Origin: the human T2T-CHM13v2.0 reference genome, Homo sapiens
Assembly: GCA_009914755.4 (NCBI GenBank)
Contig: CP068257.2
Coordinates: forward strand, 19,872,001-19,936,000
Length of the DNA: 64,000 nt
Direction of reading: 5' to 3'
Part shown: positions 11,943 to 26,068 of the stretch, piece after piece
Layout: each line of letters opens with the position of its first letter
Numbering within the stretch: the first letter of the stretch is position 1
Notes under the pieces: model-generated
What the model was told of the DNA's origin: nothing
Database searches by the model: none
Seen by the model: the letters and a program-made list of their open reading frames with translations, nothing else
Program-made: the position numbers and the translations under genes

Positions 11943-14900
11943 AAACTTTATCACCTTGTAAGAGAGTACCATTTTCAGCCTATTTTTAAGTAGCTGTGAA
12001 AAGATTCCAAGAACCAGTGGAAAAATAAATGAGCTTGAATCCCAGTACACTTGGAGAAGTCATTCTGACTTCTGTGAACATTTGTTTCTTTCTTCATAAA
12101 ATGAGAATTTACAGTTCTGCTCCACATGTTGTGTGACATAAGTAAAGAAATGCATGCAATATATGTAAAATTACCCTTATAATGCCTGGCATTTAATAAT
12201 AATTTATGCATCAGGGTTAGAAATACAGGAGAATCGATTCTTCCTAGCTACATTTTTTTTACATCACCAAGCCTTTTTCAACTTTACTAGATTGTTTGTC
12301 TATGACCATTTGTTATGTATGTTCTGTAAGGGATATTTTTACTTCATGAGATGATAATTAGATAACATATTTCAGTTCAAAAATTAGATTCAACTGTTCT
12401 CAAACAAAATGCAAACTGCATATTTATTGGACATGGAATAAACTAAAGAACAAACATAAATTAGCCTCTACTGCACACTAAATGAGATACAAATAAGAGA
12501 CATGGTAAATACAGTGGAATCAATTCATTTCCAATATTTTTTGCTTTCTTCGTCATTGCCTTTTATGCCTCCTAATAATTTTCTGTACTTTTACATTGTC
12601 TTCCTAACTAAACAAACAGATCACAAAGCTTAGTTTTAGTTGTTTTATTTAAATAGAGGCACAAGATAAAAACACATAGAATAAATATTATATATAATAA
12701 CATCATTACATATACTATATATTATGCTATTATATATAAAGGTATAGATAGAGATATATATTAAATTTTATAAGTCTTCTCTTTTGCCCATCCACTGAGC
12801 AAATATTTATGGAATAAATGCCAGGTTATAAGCACTTTTATAGAACTTAGGAACAAATTAGTAAGCAAAGCAAACAATAATTTTGTTCACATGGAGTTCA
12901 AGTTATTGTGGAAGATGGCAGTTAATAAACGTTAACTAAAAATGAAATGTCCAGTAGTGATAAGCACTAAATGAATGAAAGGCAGGATGTTAAGTTGTTA
13001 TTTGATACTGTGTCATAAATACCTCTCAGGGAGGTGACATTAAGCTTAAGGGTGGGTAATAAGGAGCTGGTAATACAACAATCAAGGGACAGAACATTCT
13101 AGGCAGGTGTAAATTAATGTAAAGATTCTAACATGGGGATGAGCTTGCTATGTTCAAAGGCAAATGACGCTTATTGGTGAGAGTCAGAGAAAGAGAAACT
13201 GGTATAAATATCAGATTGGGAAATTATCTAGGGGCCAAAGTATTATTCCATCTTCTTGGGTCAATGAAAAGGGTCTGAATTTTGTTTGAAATAGAAGACT
13301 ACTAGAAGAGTTTTAAGAAGATGACTTTTGCTATTGTGTGAAGAATGGGTTATTGGACATAATAGGTTTAGGGGAATGATTTAAAATCAGGGAGCCCAGT
13401 TAAGAGGAGCTTGAAGTAATCCAGATGAAAAAAGTTGGGGTTTTTTGGCCCAAGGCAGTGGTATTACACTTATATAAGAGTGAGTATATTTCAGATATAG
13501 TTGGGGTAGTGTCAATCACCTGATTGATTTTATATTTGGATTAGGGAAAGAGAGAAATCAAAATGTACCTTCATGATGTTGTTTGGTTGTGCAGACAACC
13601 AGGTGTATGCAGTTGTGCTGTTTATTTTTATATAACCCTGTTATTTGTTAATTTGTCCACCAACACCTCTGTTTTTAAAACCTGCTGAGTTTAATTAACC
13701 TTAAGGAATTGGGAAAATGAAAATATGTGGTTAATTCCATGCTTATTATTGATCACACAATTTTTATATAAATTTCTTCTGCTTTGGAAAAACAGATTTC
13801 AGCTCTTTTCAAAAATGTAGTGTTCAAGTTTGAAAAAGATATAAAATCTTAATGAGGAATAGGGTTAACTGATTTGACTGTTCGGATTTATACTATCTTT
13901 TACACATGATCCCAAGCATTCTGAGACTAGCTCTTTCATGTTTTCAAAACTTATGACTATGATGATTTATTAAAACTGCATTAATTACACCTAAAGCATT
14001 TTTGTTTTAAGAGCATCTCAAGGCAGAGAAAAAAAAATTAAGATCAGTGTCATAGAGGATAGTATTAGTGTAAAGTTCTATTTTAATTTGGTTCTTATCA
14101 ATTTAAATTACTATATATCTTACATTCTCAAGGGTTTTTCTTATCAAAATGACTAATAATACTTTTTAATCAAATTATCTTTTTACTGTTATTTACTCAA
14201 GCATAATTTACTAAGCATTAATATTAAAAATATTTATTAAACATCTATACAACAAGAGACAACTCTAACTTCTGTGAATACAACTTGTGAAAAAGCAGAC
14301 TCATTCCTTTCTATCAGGAAACTTTTATTCTGGCAGGAACCACATTTTAATTTAAAAAAATCAAATGATAAATAATTTTTATAAATGTTATGTAAAATAA
14401 ATAATTTACCTACTCATATTTATGTAAGCAAGTTGTGAAGAACTAAAGCATAAGGAAGAGTAGGAATTAACTAGCTCGTGTGTGTCTGGTGGGGTGTGTG
14501 GAAGATGGTTCTTCAGGCAGAGGGAATGGACTGTGTAAAAGGCTTTGTTATAAGAGAAAGTAAGATTTGATACAAAAACTGAAGAAATATGTATGAAATA
14601 TCAATTGTATTTTCTGAATAACAGTGACAAAACAAACCAAAACAATACTCCCGGTTTTCAGCCCAGCATGCAAAGAGATTAAAAGTTGCCACTCTCTCCT
14701 AACAAACCAAAAGCTAAACAAACTGAAATCAACAATTCTTAGATTCATAAGAAAAATGTGGTGTTAGTGCAAACTACCGTCCTGAAAATTGAAGAGGCAG
14801 AGAGGCAGATGCAGAAAATCACAACTTATCAGAGCAGAAACCTGTAAGCAGAAACGTCTGTGAGAACCAGTTCAGGAATAGGAAAAAAATGTAAAATGTT

Positions 14901-16064
14901 ATTGATGAATTGGTAGAGGCTCGATGTGGACAAATCTGTGAGTTGAAAACTCCAGGATGACTTAGTCATAGGAGGTCCTATACTTCTGAGAATTTTACCT
15001 TCAGGAGCTTAACCTAGTTGTTACAATGATTATTGGAGAAGTATCTCCTTATGTTTCTGGAAATAGAAGGGGGAAGTAACTACATTAAAATATATCAGAC
15101 CATTCTGTTCTTAACAAAGTCTACTCTCAGAAGAAACTGTTTAACCAGAGCCTAACATGGGGTTTTTAACAGAGCCTAACTGACCCGGAGAATGGAAATA
15201 GCCAACACCACCCGGCTCTATGTTTCCCCCTGGAAATCCCCAACTCCAGTCCACTCTATTCATTCTGTCCCACCAAGGCTGTGGGAGGATCTGAGAAATG
15301 CTTGTGAAGTTTACAGCCAGAATCACGGACTCACTAAAGGACTGAGACCTAATCATGGGATGATAGTCTCTTCTTCTGCCCCACACATTACCTCCAAATT
15401 ACTAAAGGCCTATTGATTATATTTACCCCTACTCAGTATGTTATGTCCAGCTGTCAGGAAAAAAATTACAAGGAGTACTGAACAGCAAAAAACACAGTTT
15501 GAAGAGAGAGGCAGCATTAGAACCAGATTTAGATATGATGGCGATGTTGGAATTATCAGACTAGGAATTTAAAATATCGATGAGTAACATGCTAAGAACT
15601 CTAACAGGTAAGGTAGACAATAAGCAATAACAGATGTGCAATGTATGCAAGCACAGAGATGAAGATTCTAGAAAAGAGGAATGTCTTTGATAGGCTTATT
15701 AGAATAGAAACAGCTGAAGAAAGAATCTCTGAGCTTGAAGGTATCTCAGCAGAAACTGCCAAAATGGAAAGGCAAAGAGGAAATAAGAAAAAAAAAGACT
15801 CAAACAAACAAATAAACTAACAAAAGAAACAGAACATAATATCCAAGAACCATGGAGTAAATACAGTTATAATATGTGCATATTGGTCATATTAAAAAAC
15901 AAAGACAGGGAGAAATAAACAGAAGAAATATTTGAAGCAATAATGACAGAATTTCACCAAATTAATGTCAGGCACCATACCATAGATCCAGAAAATTCAA
16001 ATGTGTAAATTCAAACATGTAAAAAGAAAATGCCCACATATATACATCATATTCAAACTGCAGA

Positions 16065-16400
16065 AAATTAATGTGTATATATCAATATATAAATATAGAT
16101 ATAAATATATTATTCATATTCATATATATGAATGAATAGTATATATATTTTATATATGAATCCATATACATGAATAAGAATATATATGAATACTATATTT
16201 ATATATAAATATGAATATATATGAATGAATACTATATATATGAATATGAATATATATGAATGAATGCTATATATATGAATATGATTATATATGAATGACT
16301 ATTATATTTATGAAGATGAATATATATGAATACTATATTTATATATAAATATGATTATATATGAATGAATGATATATTTATACATATATATTCCTTATCT
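16065..16400. repeat. AT-rich minisatellite of roughly 9-10 copies of a ~35-bp unit (atgaatgaatactatatatatgaatatgaatatat), embedded in the L1M ORF1 region.
   Basis: The imperfect tandem periodicity is directly visible. Confidence 0.85.
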
Positions 16401-16688
16401 ATATAGAATACTGAAAGGAGCAAGAGAGCCAGAGGTAAAAACGCCCTTACTGATGGAGGAAAAATAAGTTTTACATCTGATTTTTCTGCAGAAGCCATAA
16501 AACAAGAAGAGAGTGAAGTATTTTTAGTGTTGAGAGAGAAAACCCCGCTAGTATAGAATTCTGTCTCTGTGAAATGTGAAATTATCCTTCACATGTGCAG
16601 CAGAAAGAATATCCTTTCTCAGACAAACAAAAATAGAGGGTATTTTTTGCCAATAGATCTGACTTGCAAGAAATGCTTGAACAAGTTC

Positions 16689-17005
16689 TTTTTTTCTTTT
16701 TCTTTTTCTTTTTCTTTTTTTTTTTTTTTTGAGACAGAGTTTTACTCTGTTGCCCGGTCTGGAGTGCAGTGGTGTGATCTCGGCCCACTTTGACCTTTCC
16801 CTTCTGAGATTCAAGCAATTCTCCTGCCTCAGACTCCTGAGTAACTGGGATTACAGGCGTGTGCCACCACGCCTGGCTAATTTTTGTATTTTTAGTAGAG
16901 GCGGGGTTTCGCCATGCTGGCCAGGCGTGTCTGAAACTCCTGACCTCCAACCACCTCGGCCTCCCAAAGTGCTGGGATTTCAGGCGTGAGCCACTGTGCC
17001 TGGCC
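16689..17005 (-). mobile_element. Full-length Alu (AluS-like) in reverse orientation with a (T5C)n/poly-T head. It has a perfect 13-bp TSD tgaacaagttctt and sits inside the L1M.
   Basis: The body runs from tttttgagacagagttttactctgttgcccggtctggagtgcagtgg to ...ggcgtgagccactgtgcctggcc. The TSD is at 16678-16690 and 17007-17019. Confidence 0.9.
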
Positions 17006-17065
17006 CTGAACAAGTTCTTCAGAGCAGAAAAATGCTTTAAACTAGAAACTCAGGTCTCCAAATCA

Positions 17066-17547
17066 TTTGATCATTTTTAAATTGGACTTGTTTATGTTTT
17101 GTTGTTGTTATTTGTTGTTGTTTGTTGTTTTGCTATTGAATTGAGTTCCTTAATATATCCTGGTTATTAATTCCTTGTTAATTGAATAGTTTGCAAATAT
17201 TTTTTCCTATTCTGCAAGTTGTCTCTTCACTTTACTGATGGTTTCCCTTGCTGTTCAGATCCTTTTAAGCTTGATGCGATCCCATCTGTCCATTTTTTGT
17301 TTTGGTTGCCTGTGCTCTTGAGGTCTTACTCAAGAAATCTTTGCCCAGACCAATGTCCTGAAGAATTTCCCCAACTTTTTCTTCTAGTAGTTTCACGGGT
17401 TCAGATCTTAGACTTAAGTCTCTAATCAATTTTGATTTGATTTTTGTGTATGGTGAGAGATAGGGGTCTGGTTTTATGCTTCTGCATATGGATATCTATC
17501 TAGTTTGCCCAGCATGGTTTATTGAAGAGGCTGTCCTTTCCCTAATA
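17066..17547 (-). mobile_element. L1 ORF2 3'-region fragment in reverse orientation, nested in the L1M and preceded by a (TTG)n-like tract.
   Basis: The reverse complement matches L1 ...aaacatatattagggaaaggacagcctcttcaataaa.., and the L1M sequence resumes collinearly on both sides. Confidence 0.6.
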
Positions 17548-18266
17548 TATGTTTAAAGAAAGGAAATGCATCAGAGAAAGACTAAGTGAAGGTAAATTAA
17601 AAACTTTTACTTTTCTTATTCTTATTCATAAGATTATTGAAAATAATGGAAACAATGTATTGTATTATATTATGTGTATATACTACGTATAAGATAAATG
17701 AATGGTAACAATGATATAAGGGATGAAAGACTTAGAAATAACTTATCATAAAGAACTCTTGCTACCCATTAAGAAGTACAGTGTTATTTGAAAATTGACT
17801 TCATTCAGTTCATTGTAAATGTATATTGAAAATTCTTGAACAACAAATAAACAAGTTAAAGAAAGATAACTGATATACTAAGGAAAGAAAATTAAATCAT
17901 ATAAAATGCTCAATTGAAATAGCCAAAGACAGAAAAATAGTGAAAGACAAAAACTGAAATAAAGAATAAGGGCAACAAATAAAATAGTTACAAATATAGT
18001 ATATATTAATCTATTGTATCAGTAATTACCTGAAAATTATAATTATCTAAATAGCTCAATTGAAAGGTAGAGACTGTCAGAGTAAATAAAAAATAACGAG
18101 ACCCAACCAGATATTGTCCACACACACACACACACACAATAAGAATAATGACACGTGAATTAAAGATAAATAGATAGAAAAAGACATACTATGCTAACAT
18201 GAATCAAATGAAAGCAGGAATGGAAATATTGATGCCAGATGCAGTCAACTTCAGAGCAAGGAAAGT

Positions 18267-18323
18267 TATCAGGTTTCTAAACGGGTATTACCTATTATCA
18301 GGTTTCTAAACGGGTATTACCTA
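18267..18323. repeat. 28-bp tandem duplication (tatcaggtttctaaacgggtattacct x2).
   Basis: Direct adjacent repeat. Confidence 0.9.
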
Positions 18324-18523
18324 ATCATAATGGGGTCATTTCTCAAGGAAAATATAGTGATCTTTAACATGTATATGTTTAACAACAAAGCATAAAAATA
18401 TGTGAGGCAAAAATTAATACAACTTAATGAGAAATACAGGTGTCCACCTTTATAGCTGGAGACTTTAACGCTGCCCTATAAGGAACTCATTCAGCAAGCA
18501 GAAAAAAAAAAAAAATGGAATAC

Positions 18524-18612
18524 ATGAACCCAGGAGGCAGAGGTTGCTGTGAGCTGAGATCGGGCAATTGCACTCCAGCCTATACAACAAGAGCGAAACT
18601 CTGTAACAAAAA
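18524..18612 (+). mobile_element. Alu 3'-end fragment (right-arm terminus plus A-tail), nested in the L1M.
   Basis: gaacccaggaggcagaggttgctgtgagctgagatcgggcaattgcactccagcct....aaaaaaaaa. Confidence 0.7.
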
Positions 18613-21182
18613 AAAAGGGGGTGTGGGGGGAGAATACAAAGATAAAAAGAAAAAAAGTAAGAAAAAATGGGAAAATTTGGGAAAAAAGAGAAAAAAATAA
18701 AATCAGTAAGGACGTTGCTTAACCAATCAAGTTCAATCAACTATATATGTCATCTGTAGACGAATTAATCCAATAACAGCAGAATGCATACACTTCTCAA
18801 GCTTGCCTAGAATAGGCACCAAGATAGATCACACCCTAGGTCATATGACACACTTTAAAACATTTTATAAATAGGAATCATACTATGTCTGCTCTCATAC
18901 CACAATGGAATTATACTACAAATAAATAAAAGAAAGCTAGAAAATACTCCAAATGCTTGAAGATTAAACAATGTACATTTAAGTAACACATAGGTCCAAG
19001 AAAAAATCTCAAAAGAAATTTTTAAATATTTTAAACTAAATGAAAATGAAAACACAACAAATCAAAATTTGGGGGATGAAGTGAAACCAATGTTTAGAGG
19101 GAAATTTCCTTGAATACATATATTAGAATATAAGAAAGATTTAAAGTGAATTATCTAGACCTCTACCTCAGGAAACTGAGAAAAGAAGAGCAGATTAAGT
19201 TCAAAGTAAGCAGAAGAAAACAAATAATAAACATTGTAGAAGAAGTAAATGCATTTCAAAACAAAATCAATAGAGAAAATTAAAACTGAAAGCTGGTTCT
19301 TTTAAAAGATTAACGAAATTGCTAAGTCTATACCTAAGCTAACTCAGAAAAATAAAAGAAGACAGAGATAGAGAAAGAAAATACACAAGAATATCAGAAA
19401 TAAAGAAGGAATAACTACTATAGACAGCATTGTCATTCAAAGGATAATAAAGTAATACCATGAGCACCTTTATGCCAATAATTTGATAACCAAAGTGAAA
19501 TAGAGAAATTCCTCAAAAGGCGCAATCAGCTAAATGTCACAAAGGAAGAAGCAATCTGAACAGACCTTTATATCCATCAAACAAATTGAATTAATAATTT
19601 ATAGTCTCCCCAGACAGAAAGCACCAAGCCCAGACAAGTTCACTGGTGAATTCTACCAAACATTTAAACATTAAATTATATCAATTATCTACATGTTATT
19701 TCAAAAGATAGAAATAGAGAGAATACTTTCTCATTCTATGAAGCCAGCATTACTGAAATGCCAAAACCAGACAAAGATATGACAAGAAAACCACAGGCCA
19801 ATATCTTTCTAAACATAGATGCAAACACCATTTACAAAATATTAGCAAGTCAAATCCAACAATTTATAAATAAACTATATATCACACCCAAGTGGGATTT
19901 ATCCCAGGTATGCAAGTCTGGTTCAACGTTAAAAAATCAATGTAAATCCAACACTTCAAGATAATAAAGAAAAATAATCATAAAATCATATTAATATATA
20001 CATAAATTATTTCACAAAATTTGATACCCATTCATAATAAAAGCTTTCAATAACAATGAGGGGTGGACCTTCCTTAACTTAATAAAGGATATCTAAAAAA
20101 CTACAACTTACATCATTTTTTACATCTTAGTGAGTAACTAGAAGCTGTCCCCACTATATCCTCTCTCACTAATTCTTTTCAACAGTGTACTGGAAGAACT
20201 AGCGAAAGCCGTTAAGACAAAGAAAGGAAATAAAAGGCATATTGATTGGGAAGGAAGAAATAAAACTCTCTTTGTTTGCAGATGACATGATAGTCTATGA
20301 AAAAAGTCTGAAAAAACACCTGGGTATAGTCAATGATTATAGCAAGGTTGCAGGATAAAAGATTAATATGCAAAAATCAATTAATATGCAAAAATCAAAA
20401 GTATACCAGCAATAAACAAGTGAAATTTGAAGTTGAAACAAAATTATTATTTTAATTAGCACCCCGCAAAATTAAATACTCAGCCGTATAGCTAATAAAA
20501 TATGTACAAGATCTATATGAAGAAAACTATGTAACTTATGATAGAAAATAAAAGAAGAATGAAATAAATGGAGAGTTATTTCATGTTCATGGATAGAAAG
20601 ACTCAATATGGACAAGACATCAGCTCTTCCCAACTTGATCTGTAGAGTCAGTGTAATCCCAACAAAATCACAAGTCATTATATGAATATTGACAAATTGA
20701 TTCTAAAGTTTATTACATAGAGAGGCAAAAAGACCCACAATAACCAAAGTAATATTGAAAGTGTAAATGTGTAGGATTGACACTATCCAACTTCAATACT
20801 TACTATAAGCTACGATAAACAAGACTTTGTGATATTGGCCAAAGAGTAAACAAATAAATTAATGGAACCCAATAAAAACCTCAGAAATAGACCTACATAA
20901 ATATACTCAAGTAAACTGACATGTCACACATAGTTAAGGCAGTACTATGGTAAAAAGATGTTATTTTCAACAAATGGTACTGGAACAACTGTAATCCATA
21001 AGAAAAAATATATCTAGCCACAGACATTATGCACTTCATAAAAATTAACTCAAAATGTAATATTGACCTAAATATAAATCAAAAAATTATAAAACTACTA
21101 GAATAAAACATGGCAGATAATCTAGATGACCTTGGTTTTGGTAGTGAATTTTTGGATTCAACACCAAAAGCACAATCCATGA

Positions 21183-21428
<246 letters not shown>

Positions 21429-23741
21429 AGCTGGACTAGTATAAAATTAAAAATTTATGCTCTGCAAAAGACATTGTTAAGTGAATGAAAAGACGAATCA
21501 CGGAATGGGAGGAAATATTTGCAAAACACATAACTGACAAAGGACTATTATATGATGTATACAAATAATTCTTAAACTCTATATAATAAAAAGAAGAGCC
21601 CAATTAGAAAGTGGGCCAAAATACTTAATACATACCTAATTAAAGAACATATACAAATAGTAAATAAGCCTATGAAAAGACATTTCAAATCCTATGAATC
21701 AGGGAAATGAAAATTAAAATGAGCTACTGTACCACTGCAAGCCTATCGAAATGGTCAACATCTAGAACATTGACAACACCAAATGGTAGATGTGAAGCAA
21801 CAGGACATCTCATTCATTGCTGATGGAAATGCAGTGATACAATCACTGTGGAAGACAATTTAGCAGCTTCTCAAGAAAATAAATATACTCTTACCTTAAA
21901 ATTTATTATTTGAGCTCCTTAGTATTTACCCAAAGAAGTTGAAAGTGTATGTCTACACCAAAACCGCACACTGATGTTTTCAGAAGCTTGTTTCATAACT
22001 GCCAAAACTTGGAAGCAATTAAAACATCCTTCAGTAGGTAAATGAATAAACTGTGGTAGATCCCAGCAATGGGCTGTTATTCAGCACTAAAAAGGAAAGA
22101 GATAGCAAGCCACGAAGAGACATGGAGGAAACTTAGATGATTATTACTAAGTGAAATAAGCCAATTTTAAAAGACTACCTACTTTATAATTCCAACTATA
22201 TGACAAATATAGTTTTGCTTTGAGAAAAGCAAAAGACACTAAAAAGATCAGTGGTTGCACATGTTGGAAAGAAGGGAGGAATAAGTAAAGGGAGCCCAGA
22301 AGATTTGTGAGGCAGTAAAACTATTCTGTATGATAAAATAATTGTGAGAAAATGTCATGATAAACATTTTCAAACACATAGAATGTACAACCCCAAGAGT
22401 GAACCTTAATGTAAAGTATAAATTTGGGGTAATGATGTGTCAAGGTAGGTTCATTGATTGTAACAAATGCACCCCTCTGGTGGGAGATGTTGCTAATGGG
22501 GGAGGCTATGCGTGTGTGGGAGCAGGGGATACGTGGGAAATCTCTGTATCTCCCTCTCAATTTTGCTATGAAATTAAAACTGGTCTAAATTAAGTCTATA
22601 CAAATGGAATTTTAAAATTATTCTTTGTAGTTTATAATTGCTGGGCATCATAGCAGAATGTTTTCCTGATGTTAAAAAATTACAATGTATATGGTTAATA
22701 GTTTGTAACAGTGAATACCTGTACGTGGGAAAGTCAAAAGACTAAAAGAAAAAGAAAAACATTAATAAACAAGGTTTACCTTCTAGTAGACATATTCACA
22801 TGTGTGTCTGGAAATATTTATCATTACTCCATGACAACCACACATTTATCACCTGAAAGACTGGCTATTATACTGAATTACACTAATCTAAATAATAAGG
22901 AAGAAACAAGAAGAATCATAGATGTTGGGGAAAAGTGAATATACAGAATAAAATCTAAAAGAAATATAATTATATAACTTCAAATATTCCAGAAAAGAAG
23001 TTATATACTTCAGCACTTTATTTCTAAACCCTGGGAAACAAATGGCACACAGATTACAAAAAACGAGTGAAATTTTGCTGTTGTCTAATTGGCATATTTG
23101 AATCATTTTCATCCTTTCTATAATATGTAAAATGAAAATATCATGGTTGATTCATAAAAACACAGATGAATGAGGTCTTATTGGATGTTCAGTCCTAATC
23201 TCCTTTTCATTCATCCCCCCTTATGAAAGTATCATGACAGTAGGATCCAATGGTTATTGTGAGTGAAATATTACATGAATACCCGCTCCTCAATTTTAGC
23301 TATATACATGGGCCCAAACTTGAATCACAAGCAATTAATCAGAAAATCTGAGAAAGTAAAGAGAATATGAAGTCACATGATGATACCTCCTATCCAACGC
23401 AGGTATAAGGAACATGAAATTTTCAATATTAAATTTGTTTTGGGATGTGTTTTATTTGGATTATTTTTGCATATCCTTCCATTGCATTTAAGTTAAAATT
23501 ATTTGCAAGTAAGTTATTCTACATAGTAGAGTTAAACTTTCTATTAATTATGCATTCTGAAATAAAACATAGAATACATCAATATTTTAAAAACCTTACA
23601 GCCATATTTGTATTTTAAGGTAACCACAGTATACCCTTTTACTCTTCCCTTTTCTAAACTAATCATTCTCGAAGCTGTTTTCATGATTTATTAATTGCAT
23701 GAAATCCTTACATTCTGGCAGGGTGTGCTTATTAATTAATC

Positions 23742-24115
23742 AATAATATCACCTCTCATGATATACCAGATGACATCTGACAGGGGCAGAGTGCATGGAC
23801 ATTTACTGTCTTTAATGTGGAAACTCTCTCTCTCTCTGTGTTAATATTAATAAAACATAACATAGTATTAGTGTTTCTTTAAGTAACTAAATATTTTAGT
23901 TACAAAAGCAGTACCAACATATATAATTTATATTTAATAATATCACCTTTTATGATAGACTGGATGACATTTGACAGGGGCAGAATGCATTTAGACATTC
24001 ACAGTTTTAATGCAAAATCTCTCCCTCTCTGTTGATAAAACATAACATATATTAGCGTTTCCATAAGTAACCAAATATTTTAGTTTCAAAAGCAGTATCT
24101 ATATGTAATTTTATA
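23742..24115. repeat. Tandem duplication of a ~190-bp unit (2 copies, roughly 85% identical).
   Basis: Copy 1 (aataatatcacctctcatgatataccagatgacatctgacaggggcagagtgcatggacattt...) aligns with copy 2 (aatatcaccttttatgatagactggatgacatttgacaggggcagaatgcatttagacattc...). Confidence 0.85.
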
Positions 24116-24149
24116 TTTAATTAAATAAAAATATATATACTTTAAATAA

Positions 24150-24430
24150 AATTATATAATTTAATTTAATTTAATTATATATAATTTAATTTAATTTAAT
24201 TATATATGATTTAATTTAATTTAATTATATATGATTTAATTTAATTTAATTATATATGATTTAATTTAATTTAATTATATATATTTAATTTAATTTAATT
24301 ATATATATTTAATTTAAATTAATTATATATAATTTAATTTAATTATATATAATTTAATTTAATTATATATAATTAAATTATATATAATTAAATTAAAATA
24401 TAATTTGATTACATTAAATTATATATAATT
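24150..24430. repeat. Minisatellite of roughly 10 copies of a ~27-bp AT-rich unit (gatttaatttaatttaattatatat), with a degenerate 3' end.
   Basis: The tandem periodicity is visible directly. The copies are contiguous with no unique spacers. Confidence 0.9.
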
Positions 24431-25795
24431 TTATTTAAACACTCAAAAATCAAAGAAATGTAAAAAGTAGAAATCAAAGACCTTAATCAATACTGATCCT
24501 ATTTGCTGCCTCATACATAAGCATTAATATTTTTTTCCTTCCTTCCCAATAATTTTCCATGTGGTCTATAGTTTGTAAAAAATAATATCCTAGGATACAC
24601 ACACACTCACACACACAGATATTTCTATGTACTACATATATACATATATAAATTTTAGCAAATTTATGTCACATAGAAATGCAGCTGCAATAATGTTCCA
24701 TTTCAGCACATAAATCTCTTCCTCATTCTTTTCATAAATGAGTAGTATTCCATAGTGTTAGATATAATAATGTATTTCTCTGCTTCTTTATTGTTACACT
24801 TTAGAAGAAACTTTCAATATTTTTATAATGGACTGTTCTGTTTTGAATATCCATATATATAAATTTTGTAAATATACAGTAAGATACTAGATGTAGAATG
24901 GAAGGCCAAAACTGAAAAATTCTGGCAAATTGCCCACAGAAGTCTATTCCAATTCATGGCTGCAATAAAAGCAAAGAATGCATATTTCTCTACAACTTCT
25001 GACATATTAAATATCACCAATTTATTTTTTGACAATCTGGTAAGTAAAAGTTTTTATTTTGATGTTATTTAAGATTTGCATTTGTCTATTTAGGTTGAGT
25101 CTGAGCTTGTTTCTTTTTTTGGTTACTTTGTTTTAATTGTCTTTTAATATCTTTACACACTTTCATAGAGTTATTTAACCTTTTCTCTTACTTGTTGCTT
25201 ATATCATGTGCCCTATAATCATTTGATTTTGTATTACTTGCAAATATTTATTTATATGATGCTATTTATTACATGAAAGTTTATATTTTTATCTGCAAGT
25301 TTATGAATTTCATAAATTTTTTTCAGTGTTGACATTTTCATTTTTAAAAAATTTCTTAAAATTGAAAGTTTCAGTAATATATTTCCAAATGTAAATTCTC
25401 CATGCATGCCACGACAGTGATGCAGGTAACACTGATTGAGTGTGGCACATGCATCAGCTATTACAAGTAACCTACAGGAATTAGTTTGGCACTATTACCA
25501 TCTTTGTTTTATTAACTAAGAAATTCGAAGGATGGGGAGTTTTATGCAATGAGTTAGTGGGAGAGCCAGCTAATTTAGTTCTGATACACCTCCCTTTAAA
25601 CATTATGCTATGCTTGTTATTATTTCCTATTTAATAGTAAGTTCTAAAATATGGCAGGAATTTATATAATGTTAACCAGTCTATACATTGTGAAACTTAT
25701 CCACATTACATTTTGTGACTATTTTGACAAACAATTGCCTCATTTACTCTTTTTAATTCTACAGACAATATCAATAATGTTTCTGGTATTACTTA

Positions 25796-26068
<273 letters not shown>

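Noticed and set aside
13000-13560. Possible ancient interspersed repeat (MIR/L2/MER-like, ..gagcccagttaagaggagcttgaagtaatccagatg..cccaaggcagtgg..)
   Set aside because: The resemblance to a remembered consensus is too vague to assign a family or boundaries. I left it unannotated.
16582-17013. 143-aa minus-strand ORF with a poly-Lys run
   Set aside because: It spans an Alu and its (T5C)n/poly-T head (poly-K = AAA/AAG codons). It is an Alu-derived artefact, like the many 60-90 aa ORFs containing [13 protein letters not shown] / [20 protein letters not shown] peptides elsewhere (11644-11913, 21079-21306, 25793-26005, 30404-30686, 31177-31413, 42252-42437, 50825-51158, 54758-54976, 55838-56077).
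24150-24430. Regularly spaced 27-bp repeats that could resemble a CRISPR array
   Set aside because: The repeats are contiguous with no unique spacers. They are AT-only and sit in a human intron, so this is a minisatellite.
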